DNA from: a virus
Taxonomy: Duplodnaviria > Caudoviricetes
IMG/VR virus record: IMGVR_UViG_3300005764_000026
Coordinates: 1 to 47,067 of that record
Direction: 5' to 3' (one strand)
DNA: 47,067 bases
Of this stretch, positions 8,934-16,582 are shown in pieces. A model generated the notes under the pieces. The model saw only the letters and a program-made list of their open reading frames with translations. It did not search any database and had not been told where the DNA came from. The first letter of the stretch is position 1; every line of letters starts with the position of its first letter. The position numbers and the translations under genes were made by a program.

Positions 8934-10232
8934 ATGTCCGAGGCCAATGCGCTCGTTCATTCACCGCGCCGCGCGTCTGGTTTGCAGGCTTACGCGCCCG
9001 AGCAGATCGATCTCATCAAACGCACGATCGCCCGCGGTGCAACGAACGACGAGCTCGCGCTCTTCATTGCGACGGCCGAGCGCCTGGACCTCGACCCCTT
9101 CGCCCGGCAAATCTACTCGATTCAACGCTGGAATCCGACGTCTCGCCAAAATGAGATGGTGACGCTCGTCGGCATTGACGGGCTCCGCGCCGTCGCCGAG
9201 AGGACCGGCGACTACCTACCGGGCCCCCGTCCCGTTTTTACCGTGGACGACAAGGGCCACATCCTGTCGTGCGTGGCGACGATCCTGAAGTTCCGTCACG
9301 GGGCCTGGCATCCGGTCGAGGCGGAGGTCTACTTCGACGAGTTTGCGCAGCGCACCAAGGACAAGGACACCGGGACCTACCGGCTCACCGCGAACTGGCG
9401 AGACAAGCCGCGCGTCATGATCGCGAAGTGCGCGGAGGCGGCGGCCCTGCGCAAGGGCTTCCCGTTGCTCGGGAGCATTTACGTCCAAGAGGAATTTGAC
9501 CATGAGAACGTGATCGAGGTCGATGCGGACGCGCCGCCGAAGGTCACCGCGCCGCCGCCCGCCGCGTCCCCGCCGCCGATGGCGCCGACGCCGGCGACCT
9601 CGACAACGCCGAGCGCGCCGCCGCGGAAGGGAACGCCGGGCATTGACGCGCCGCGGCCGGCGCAGGCGCATCTGGACGAGGCGCAGGCGCGCGCCGGCGG
9701 CAACACGTCGCGCCCGGCCGCAGCGCCACAGCAGAGTGCGGCGCAACAGCAGAGTGCAACGAAGGCAACACGCGCGGCGGCCGGGACGCCCCCCACACCC
9801 CCGCTTCCGACCGGTCCGGCCGCCGCGCATTACCCTCCGACCGAGAAGGAGGACGAGGAGGATCTCGACAAGGTCTTCGGCGCGCCGCACCCCGCGGTGC
9901 CAAAGTCGGTCGAGGACCTGCCGCCCGCGCCGGACACGCCGGCCGGCGTTCCGTCGCTGGTCGACGAGGTCGCCGTCATGCTCGACGACGCGGGGTCCAT
10001 GGCCGCGTACTACGCCGCCGGCGAGAAAGGCAAGCCACTCAAGGCCGACGAGCGCCGCTACCTCACGCCGAAGATGATCTTTTGCCTCATGCGCATTCTC
10101 GAAGGCGGCCCCGATGGGGATGTGGACGCCGCCTATGCGACGTTCGGCAAGTTCGTGACCGCCAAGCTCGTCACTGCCGAGGACGAGAAGACCGCGACGG
10201 CGACCTACAAGAAGCGGAAGACGGCGCCGTGA
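8934..10232 (+). CDS. RecT/Bet-family single-strand annealing protein
   Basis: LDPFARQIY, GIDGLRAVA, W..KPRVMIAKCAEAAALRKGFP..IYVQEE; AGGAGG RBS. Confidence 0.88.
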   Translation: MSEANALVHSPRRASGLQAYAPEQIDLIKRTIARGATNDELALFIATAERLDLDPFARQIYSIQRWNPTSRQNEMVTLVGIDGLRAVAERTGDYLPGPRPVFTVDDKGHILSCVATILKFRHGAWHPVEAEVYFDEFAQRTKDKDTGTYRLTANWRDKPRVMIAKCAEAAALRKGFPLLGSIYVQEEFDHENVIEVDADAPPKVTAPPPAASPPPMAPTPATSTTPSAPPRKGTPGIDAPRPAQAHLDEAQARAGGNTSRPAAAPQQSAAQQQSATKATRAAAGTPPTPPLPTGPAAAHYPPTEKEDEEDLDKVFGAPHPAVPKSVEDLPPAPDTPAGVPSLVDEVAVMLDDAGSMAAYYAAGEKGKPLKADERRYLTPKMIFCLMRILEGGPDGDVDAAYATFGKFVTAKLVTAEDEKTATATYKKRKTAP

Positions 10233-11404
10233 AACGCGTCACGCTTACCGGCTCAGGCCTCTGGCGCGCGGCGCGCTGCATCGCGTCAGCGGTCCTGCCG
10301 CGCGCGCGGGAAACGAGCGAATGGGCCGAGCGCGGCAGCGGCATCCACGCTTTTTTGCTCGACGTGAACCGCCGCGGCCGCGACGAGGCGCTCGCCGCGC
10401 TGTCGAACGACGAGCTCCGCGCGGCCTGCGCGCTCATCAATACCGCGCGGCTTCCCGTCGACCCGAGCGCCTACGCCGCCGAGGTCGCGTTCGCCTACGA
10501 CGTCGCGACCGGCCGCGCGACGGAGCTTCACCGCGGCGGCCAGCGCGATTACTCCATGTGCACGCCGACCGAAATCCCGATGACCGTCGACGTCGTTGCG
10601 CTCGTCGGCGACACAACCGTGGGCGTCTACGACTACAAGTCGGGATGGAAGTACCTCGAGCCGCCGGCGGCGAATTGGCAATTTCGCGCCTGTGGCCTCG
10701 CCGCGGCACGCGCCTACAAGCGCGACCACGTCTTCGCCCAGATGATCCGCCTCGGCAAGGACGGCGAACCCTACGTGACGGGCGGCGAGCTCAATCTCTA
10801 CGACCTCGCCGAGATCGCCGAGGAGCTCCGGGCCCTTCATGCCGATGCGACGCGCGCGGCCGCGGCCGATGCCGATCCGCCGATCCAGATCGGCAGCCAT
10901 TGCCAGGGCTGCGAATCGATGCCGTTTTGCGGCTCGACGCAGATGATCCGGCGCCGCTACAGCGAGGAGTTGCAGAGCGTCCAGGTCGCCGAGGCGCTCA
11001 CGCCCGAGCTCGCGAGCGACGCCTGGGAGTGGCTGGAAGGCCTCGAAGCGCACGTCGAGGCCGCTTGGAAGATTCTGCAGACCTACGCGCGGTTCAATCC
11101 GTTCCGCCTCCGCGACGGGCGGGTCTACGGCATCGTCGAAGAGGACCGCGACACGATCGACGGCCAAAGGGCTTGGCAAGTCCTCGCCGACCGGTTCGGC
11201 CAGGCGAAGGCGTGGCAAGTCACGAAGCTCGTCATCTCGAAGACCGGCGAGAAGGGGATCGAGACGCTCGCCGCCGAGCTCGCCGAGGCCGAAGGGCGAA
11301 AGCGCGCGCCGGTCATGCGCGAGCTTCTCGAGGACCTGCGGCGCGCCGGCGCGCTGACGACGCACACGATCGAGAAATTCAAGGCGCACAAGGAGCGGCG
11401 ATGA
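10229..11404 (+). CDS. PD-(D/E)XK exonuclease (AddB/Cas4-like, probable Fe-S), partner of RecT
   Basis: N-terminal Cys, GSGIH, D...DYKSG, HCQGC..C; GTG start overlaps the recT stop. Confidence 0.75.
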   Translation: MKRVTLTGSGLWRAARCIASAVLPRARETSEWAERGSGIHAFLLDVNRRGRDEALAALSNDELRAACALINTARLPVDPSAYAAEVAFAYDVATGRATELHRGGQRDYSMCTPTEIPMTVDVVALVGDTTVGVYDYKSGWKYLEPPAANWQFRACGLAAARAYKRDHVFAQMIRLGKDGEPYVTGGELNLYDLAEIAEELRALHADATRAAAADADPPIQIGSHCQGCESMPFCGSTQMIRRRYSEELQSVQVAEALTPELASDAWEWLEGLEAHVEAAWKILQTYARFNPFRLRDGRVYGIVEEDRDTIDGQRAWQVLADRFGQAKAWQVTKLVISKTGEKGIETLAAELAEAEGRKRAPVMRELLEDLRRAGALTTHTIEKFKAHKERR

Positions 11405-11685
11405 ACAAGGACTACATGACGGCGTGCGACGCGGCGCCGGCGGCGTTGCTCGCCGACAGGCTTTGCGCGCGCCTCCGCGACTGGGTTTCGCAGTCGACCC
11501 GGCGCCTCCTCGACGGCAAGGACGGAATCGGGATCTCAAGAGCAGCGCTCCGCATCCAGCTGCAAGTGATCGGCACCCAGAAGGACGGGAGCGCGACGGT
11601 GCTCGCGGTCGTGGACGAGGAGTTAACGAACGACGATCTGATCGGCCGCGTGGCCGACCGCGACGACAGTGGCGGTGCGTCGTGA
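11401..11685 (+). CDS. hypothetical protein
   Basis: ATGA-coupled 94-aa ORF (MNKDYMT...). Confidence 0.5.
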   Translation: MNKDYMTACDAAPAALLADRLCARLRDWVSQSTRRLLDGKDGIGISRAALRIQLQVIGTQKDGSATVLAVVDEELTNDDLIGRVADRDDSGGAS

Positions 11686-11948
11686 AGCTCGCACGGGGCG
11701 ACAAGGCGCGGCTTCGGCAGCGCAAGTACGCCGCGCCGCCGTGCGCCGCGCCCGAATGCACGGCGATCGCGGAGTACCAGTGCGACCATGTAAATGGCCT
11801 TGGCGTTTTGTGCGGCAGGGCGCTTTGCGAAAGGCACGCGAAGATCCAACCGGGCCGCACCGCCAACGATGGGACGGCGCTCTGCCACTACTGCCCGACG
11901 CACGACACCGTCGCCAAGGCGCTCGGCGAGCGGAAGAGGCCGCAATGA
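11682..11948 (+). CDS. Cys/His-rich putative zinc-binding protein
   Basis: C..C..CDH..C..LCERH..YCPTH; GTGA coupling. Confidence 0.5.
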   Translation: MKLARGDKARLRQRKYAAPPCAAPECTAIAEYQCDHVNGLGVLCGRALCERHAKIQPGRTANDGTALCHYCPTHDTVAKALGERKRPQ

Positions 11949-12244
11949 AAACCAAAGCCGACGAGCTCGAGCTGGCGCTCCTTTCGCTCTACACGCTGGT
12001 TCACCGCACGGTCGCCGACGACGTCGCGCGGCACGCGCGCGAGGCCATGTCTGAGACCGGGTTTCGGCGCGAGCGCGCCGGCCGCGCTGCCGCGCTGCGC
12101 TTTGCCGGTGATCTTCTTGTCGACATGCTCGAGCAGCGGATCGAAAAGTCGCCCAGGCAGATCGCCGACTACCTCTTCGCGCTCGCCGACGCCGCGGAGA
12201 GCACGGGCCAACCGCTGAATGGGAAGAACGGAGAGGCGCCATGA
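11945..12244 (+). CDS. hypothetical protein
   Basis: ATGA-coupled ORF MKTKADEL... Confidence 0.5.
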   Translation: MKTKADELELALLSLYTLVHRTVADDVARHAREAMSETGFRRERAGRAAALRFAGDLLVDMLEQRIEKSPRQIADYLFALADAAESTGQPLNGKNGEAP

Positions 12245-12486
12245 AGCCCGAGGCCACCGAGCATGTGGTCTACCTTGCAGGCCAAGCGCTGCGCGGCATG
12301 TGCGCGCGGTCGAACCTCTACGATTCGATCGACGCGATTGCACAGAGCGCAGCGAACCTCGCCATTGCGACGGCGCGCGCGCTCGACGCCATCCTTGGCG
12401 ACGAAATGCTAAAGGACGTCGCGCGCGCCAAGGAGCGGAGCCGCGCCGAGGCGACGGACGACAACGACGTCGATGAGGAATTCTAG
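12241..12486 (+). CDS. hypothetical protein
   Basis: ATGA-coupled 81-aa ORF. Confidence 0.5.
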   Translation: MKPEATEHVVYLAGQALRGMCARSNLYDSIDAIAQSAANLAIATARALDAILGDEMLKDVARAKERSRAEATDDNDVDEEF

Positions 12487-12488
12487 GG

Positions 12489-12701
12489 ATGCGCATGCGC
12501 GAGCTCGAATGCCGGTCGTGTGGCAAACCGATCGTTTTTGCAATTACCGAGGCGGGGAATCGCGTTCCGTTGAACGCACTGCCACAGCGCATGTTCGTCG
12601 TCGAGGAGCGCGCCGGCGTCGAGGTCGCGCGCTCGGTCTTCGCCTTCTCGACGCACTTTCAGGATTGCCCTGAATCGAAAGAATGGCGGAAGCCGCGATA
12701 G
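12489..12701 (+). CDS. small zinc-finger-like protein
   Basis: CRSCG...HFQDCP. Confidence 0.55.
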   Translation: MRMRELECRSCGKPIVFAITEAGNRVPLNALPQRMFVVEERAGVEVARSVFAFSTHFQDCPESKEWRKPR

Positions 12702-12710
12702 CACTCTCGC

Positions 12711-12871
12711 CATGGAGAAGCATGGTAAGGCCGGTCGGGGTCCGGATTGGCGAGGCCTGGATTGGCATGGGCTAGGCGGGGTTTGGCACGGAACGGCTCG
12801 GATGGGTTAGGCGAGGCGGGGACAGGATAGGTTTGGCTTAGAAGAGGCACGGCTTGGGCGACAACGCAGAA
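12711..12871 (+). ncRNA. GGH-NN pentamer array 1 (putative non-contiguous guide RNA)
   Basis: About 28 tandem GG(C/A/T)NN units ending in TGGGCGACAACGCAGAA, immediately upstream of the RAMP-like gene; RNA function is inferred. Confidence 0.75.
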
Positions 12872-12884
12872 AGGATGAAACAAA

Positions 12885-13460
12885 ATGTATGAAAGGGTCG
12901 ACATTGAAATCCGCGGCATCTGCCCATTGGTCATTCACAATGGCCAATTAGCGGATCCTCTTAATGAATGGTCGAAGCGGATTAAAAAGATCACCGCGAA
13001 AAAGAAGAAAACCGACGAGGACTACAGAGAGGTCGCGCGCCTGGAATTCCTTGGTTCTTTTTACGTCAATGACAAGAAGGAGCCTTGCATTCCCGGAGAG
13101 AACATTGAAGCTATGTTGATTCGCGCTGCTCGTCGCCTCAAACTCGGCGAGGCGGCCGCGACAATAGTCTGCGATGGAAATATCCCGATCATCTACGATG
13201 GTCCCCGCAGCCCAGAGAAGCTCTGGGAGATCGATGCATTTCGCTTCACGAAGTGCGCTCGAATTGGCGCAAAGCGAATCATGCGAACGCGTCCCATCAT
13301 TCGCGATTGGATTTTAAAATTTCTGGCAGGCTTCAATACCGGTCATCTGAATCTGTCAGAACTTGGGCAAATTCTCGAGGTCGCTGCCGAGATGGGTTGC
13401 GGCGATTGGCGTCCGAAATATGGTCGATTCGAAATCGTTTCGCCAAAGGTCTTCAAATGA
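12885..13460 (+). CDS. RAMP/Cas7-like RNA-binding protein (putative effector of the pentamer guide arrays)
   Basis: N-terminal IEIRGICPLVIH strand, PCIPGENIEAMLIRAA helix, and C-terminal Gly-rich loop MGCGDWRPKYGRFEI match the RAMP layout; lower GC than its neighbours. Confidence 0.7.
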   Translation: MYERVDIEIRGICPLVIHNGQLADPLNEWSKRIKKITAKKKKTDEDYREVARLEFLGSFYVNDKKEPCIPGENIEAMLIRAARRLKLGEAAATIVCDGNIPIIYDGPRSPEKLWEIDAFRFTKCARIGAKRIMRTRPIIRDWILKFLAGFNTGHLNLSELGQILEVAAEMGCGDWRPKYGRFEIVSPKVFK

Positions 13461-13915
13461 CCGAACGATGGCCTATAGATGTCGAGACGCTTCAGAAAGG
13501 CGACGTCATTTCGATCGAACGGCTTGAAGTGATTATCGGGCGGCCTCGGGGCGCGCCGGGCTTCGGGCTCGAGGTGCTCAAGATTCGCGAGATGATTGCG
13601 CGTCAATTGGAAGTGATTGGGCGGCCGATGACCATCCGGCAACTCCACGGTCAGCTCGTTCTTTGCGATGACGAAACCGCATCGGTGTATAATCCTCGCG
13701 AGGTCGAAGCTGGTTGGCGCAAAAGCGCTCGGGCCCATAGGCGCAATCTTGCCGTCGACGTTTCGCAGCTCGACCAAGAGCGGCGCGCGCAACATGACCG
13801 AACGCTAGTAACGCACAGTCGCATCTTCCAAGCGATGCGGTCGGCGCGGGTCGATCCAGAGCTTCAACCGGCTACCCGAAATACTCCGCCTCAAGGAAAT
13901 CGAGAGGACGAATGA
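13457..13915 (+). CDS. hypothetical accessory protein coupled to the RAMP-like gene
   Basis: ATGA overlap with the RAMP-like stop; 152 aa (MTERWPID...); array 2 starts right after its stop. Confidence 0.65.
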   Translation: MTERWPIDVETLQKGDVISIERLEVIIGRPRGAPGFGLEVLKIREMIARQLEVIGRPMTIRQLHGQLVLCDDETASVYNPREVEAGWRKSARAHRRNLAVDVSQLDQERRAQHDRTLVTHSRIFQAMRSARVDPELQPATRNTPPQGNREDE

Positions 13916-13918
13916 TTT

Positions 13919-14042
13919 GGCACGGCGCCGTTGGGAAAGGCTTGGCGTCGGCTTGGTCTGGCGCGGACCGGCTTCGGCGCGGCAGGGCTAGGACTCGGCG
14001 CGGATCGGCAGGTCATGGAGAGGCATGGGCGACAACGCAGAA
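13919..14042 (+). ncRNA. GGH-NN pentamer array 2 (putative non-contiguous guide RNA)
   Basis: 21 units, three of them 6 nt long, ending in the same 17-nt TGGGCGACAACGCAGAA. Confidence 0.75.
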
Positions 14043-14070
14043 CGGCGGGCCGGGCGGAAAAAGAATTGAA

Positions 14071-14188
14071 GCTGTGGCTGGGCATGCCACGGCAGTGGCG
14101 GGGTCTGGAATGGCGACGGACTGGTGAGGCCAGGCTCGGCAGGGCAGTGCAAGGACAGGCGCGGAGTGGCAAGGGCCAACAGGCAGAA
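14071..14188 (+). ncRNA. GGH-NN pentamer array 3 (putative non-contiguous guide RNA)
   Basis: About 20 units ending in the variant motif GGGCCAACAGGCAGAA. Confidence 0.72.
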
Positions 14189-14418
14189 AATGAAGAAGGG
14201 CAAAATGAAACCGCAGACGAAAAAAACCAGGATGGGAAGCCGTCCGAAGGGTAACCCAGCTCGAGCGGCCCGCGGCTCGCATCGTCTACCACGAGTCACG
14301 GCGAAGGTCAAAGAAAACATGGACGCGGGCGACCGCGTTTGCGAGGCCGAAGCGGCCGAGCGGTTACAGGGCGAAGGTTTCCAGATGACCAAGAATTTTG
14401 CGTGGCGAACGTGCGATC

Positions 14419-14946
14419 ATGCTTGGGGATGAAGACCGAGGCGCAGAACAGATTCCGAGGAGCGGACGCCGCTTCCTTCCGACGCGCGAGGCCGCACCAT
14501 ATTGCGGTTTGTCGCCGTCGGGACTTCGCCGCGCGAACCTCCGCGGCCGCGTATTTCCTGTCGGCCGGCGCGGCGGCAAAGGCACCCTCGTCTGGGATGT
14601 GCTCGACCTCGATCGATTCCTGCTCGGTCTCAAGCCACTAAGGAGGACGCATGGCCAACTGGATCCATCGCTGGAAGGACTGGATCGCGGACGCGCCGAC
14701 GAAACCCGGGGTTTGGCGCCGCCGGGACGGGGGCTACCATATCCGAGCGAGGGCCTACGACCCGCGGATTGGCAAGCTCCGCGAGATCAACCAAGTCCTT
14801 CCCGAGTTGGATCTCGCAGGAGCCGTCGCGACGCTCGCGCAGGAAATCTTGGCCGTGAAGACGGGCGGAGCGCCGAAGCCGAGCACGATGCCGCGGTTCG
14901 CCTCCTACGCGAGTACGCTCTTCAAGCGAAAAACCGACACCGGTGA
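14419..14946 (+). CDS. excisionase-like HTH protein
   Basis: FLPTREAAPYCGLSPSGLRR..GRV..W...DLDRF directly before the integrase; the C-terminal half overlaps the integrase in another frame. Confidence 0.6.
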   Translation: MLGDEDRGAEQIPRSGRRFLPTREAAPYCGLSPSGLRRANLRGRVFPVGRRGGKGTLVWDVLDLDRFLLGLKPLRRTHGQLDPSLEGLDRGRADETRGLAPPGRGLPYPSEGLRPADWQAPRDQPSPSRVGSRRSRRDARAGNLGREDGRSAEAEHDAAVRLLREYALQAKNRHR

Positions 14947-15907
14947 CATCAAGTCGGCGAAGGGCCGCGACAAATGGGAGGACATCATTCAACACCATCT
15001 CCACAAAGCCCCATTTGAAGCCTACTACCTCGACCACATCGATTACACCGCATTGCAGGATTGGCGGTCCAAGCTCGGCGCGAAGATCCAATCCGGGAAG
15101 ATGTCGCCGCGGAGCGCGAATACCATCTTCGCCGTGTTCCAAGTCATCATGAAGGCTGCGGTGGCCGAATTCGATCTCCCGCGCAACCCGGCCGAGCGGC
15201 TCGCGGCGTTCGATACGAGCGAGCATCCGACGTACACCGAAGAGGCGCCGAATAGCCTCCTGCCGGCCGACGTGCCGCGGTTCCTCGCCGAGATGCGCGC
15301 CACATGGCCGCAGCACTACGCGATGACCTTTCTCGGCTTCGCCACAGGCCTTCGCCCGAGCAGCCTGCGGCCGCTTCGCCGGAACGGCGCGACGCCGGAC
15401 GTCCGCTGGGACACCGGTCGCCTCCTCGTGCGCCAGTCGCATACGCGCGGCACGGAGGTCATGCAGACCACCAAGACCAAAAAGAACCAGACGATCGCGC
15501 TCGCACCGGATCTGCTCGACGTCCTTCGCTGGCACGTGACGACGCAGATTCGCAGCGACGGTGCGCTCAAGAGCGAGCTCCTCTTTCCGACGAGCGAGGG
15601 AGGGTTTCGCTCGCCGTCCGTCCTCGACAAGCCGTTTGACGCCGTCGCCAAGGCGATCGGAATCAAGTACGGCATTTCGCCGCGCGCCATGCGCCGGACA
15701 TTCCAGGATCTTTGCCGGGCCGAGGAGATCGCGAGCATCGTCGCGCGCTCCATCTCGGGTCACGCGCTCGAGAAGAGCCAGGAAGGCTACTCGACGGTCG
15801 CCGCCGAGGAGCAACGCGCCGCACTTGGCAAGGTCATTCGGTTCATGCTGCCGAAAAATCAGCGGACGCTCGTCGAAGGTGACGACGCGTCCGATGTACT
15901 CCCCTAA
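14651..15907 (+). CDS. tyrosine recombinase/integrase
   Basis: ATGLRPS (Arg I), RAMRRT (HxxR variant), SGH, catalytic Tyr in EGYS; AAGGAGG RBS; next to the att site. Confidence 0.88.
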   Translation: MANWIHRWKDWIADAPTKPGVWRRRDGGYHIRARAYDPRIGKLREINQVLPELDLAGAVATLAQEILAVKTGGAPKPSTMPRFASYASTLFKRKTDTGDIKSAKGRDKWEDIIQHHLHKAPFEAYYLDHIDYTALQDWRSKLGAKIQSGKMSPRSANTIFAVFQVIMKAAVAEFDLPRNPAERLAAFDTSEHPTYTEEAPNSLLPADVPRFLAEMRATWPQHYAMTFLGFATGLRPSSLRPLRRNGATPDVRWDTGRLLVRQSHTRGTEVMQTTKTKKNQTIALAPDLLDVLRWHVTTQIRSDGALKSELLFPTSEGGFRSPSVLDKPFDAVAKAIGIKYGISPRAMRRTFQDLCRAEEIASIVARSISGHALEKSQEGYSTVAAEEQRAALGKVIRFMLPKNQRTLVEGDDASDVLP

Positions 15908-16150
15908 CGCACCTTAGATCGCCTTCCCACCGGACCGCGCGCGGCCCGCGCCCGCGCCTCCGCGCTCGCCCGCTTGAGCGCGGCGACCGCCTCATCGTGC
16001 TCGCGCCGCGCTTCCTCGCTCACCGGGGCCGGCTCCGGCTCCGGGATTGGCTCGCGCCGCCCGATGCGGCGCAGGAGCTCGACCGCGGCAGCATGGTCGC
16101 GCGCAGCCTCCTCTGGATCCCCTATGCGCGGGTCGAACCGCCTTCGCCGC

Positions 16151-16371
16151 CTAGGTGGTGGGATTGGTGGTGGGGCGATTTGATTTTTCGTTTTCAAATT
16201 TTCGCCTCTTCTCGTCGGAGCGGGAGACGGGACTTGAACCCGCGACGTCCACCTTGGCAAGGTGCAATTCCAGCTCAATACTGAATGATTTTCAAAGCTT
16301 CGGGTGACTGGAAGTGCCTAATTGTGACCCCGGAGCGCCTCTAGGTGGTGGGATTGGTGGTGGGGCGATTT
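16151..16371. repeat. 31-bp direct repeats flanking the att core (probable integrase arm sites)
   Basis: CTAGGTGGTGGGATTGGTGGTGGGGCGATTT at 16151-16181 and 16341-16371. Confidence 0.75.
16217..16264 (-). other. attP core = 3' half of tRNA-Gly(GCC)
   Basis: Minus strand CACCTTGCCAAGGTG (anticodon arm, GCC), then GACGTCGCGGGTTCAAGTCCCGTCTCCCGCTCC (T arm, acceptor); no D arm or 5' acceptor strand upstream. Confidence 0.85.
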
Positions 16372-16480
16372 TGTCGACGCGGGCCCGTCGCTGCCGAGCA
16401 TCGGCAGCGGCGCGCGCGGCCGCGCCGGATGGACCGGCGCAGACGTTATCCTACACGATCCGAATTTGGGATGCAGTTGG

Positions 16481-16508
16481 TTGACACGCGGTATGCGCCT
16501 GGTATGCT
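16481..16508 (+). promoter_or_regulatory. sigma70-type promoter for the 16583-18209 accessory operon
   Basis: TTGACA-N16-TATGCT with a TGn extension; AAGGAGG RBS before 16583. Confidence 0.6.
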
Positions 16509-16582
16509 AGTGGAGTAAAGCGGAGCTCGGCGGCGTCACCCGCCGGGCCCCCATCGATCCCCTGGCAAAGGAGGAGACCGAC

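Noticed and set aside
10229-11404. Cas4 adaptation gene for the CRISPR array
   Set aside because: Coupled to recT and far from the array, with no cas1/cas2; better explained as the recombination exonuclease
12711-12871. Pentamer arrays as mere G-quadruplex or microsatellite DNA
   Set aside because: Units vary specifically at the NN positions, share a 3' motif, flank a RAMP-like gene and decode to capsid motifs; G4 formation is not excluded but does not explain this
13891-14292. ORFs across pentamer arrays 2 and 3 (and 12544-12934 across array 1)
   Set aside because: Low-complexity Gly/Arg/Ala/Trp products of a 5-nt period that is incompatible with codon structure
16217-16290. Complete tRNA-Gly gene
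   Set aside because: D arm and 5' acceptor strand are missing; treated as the attP core
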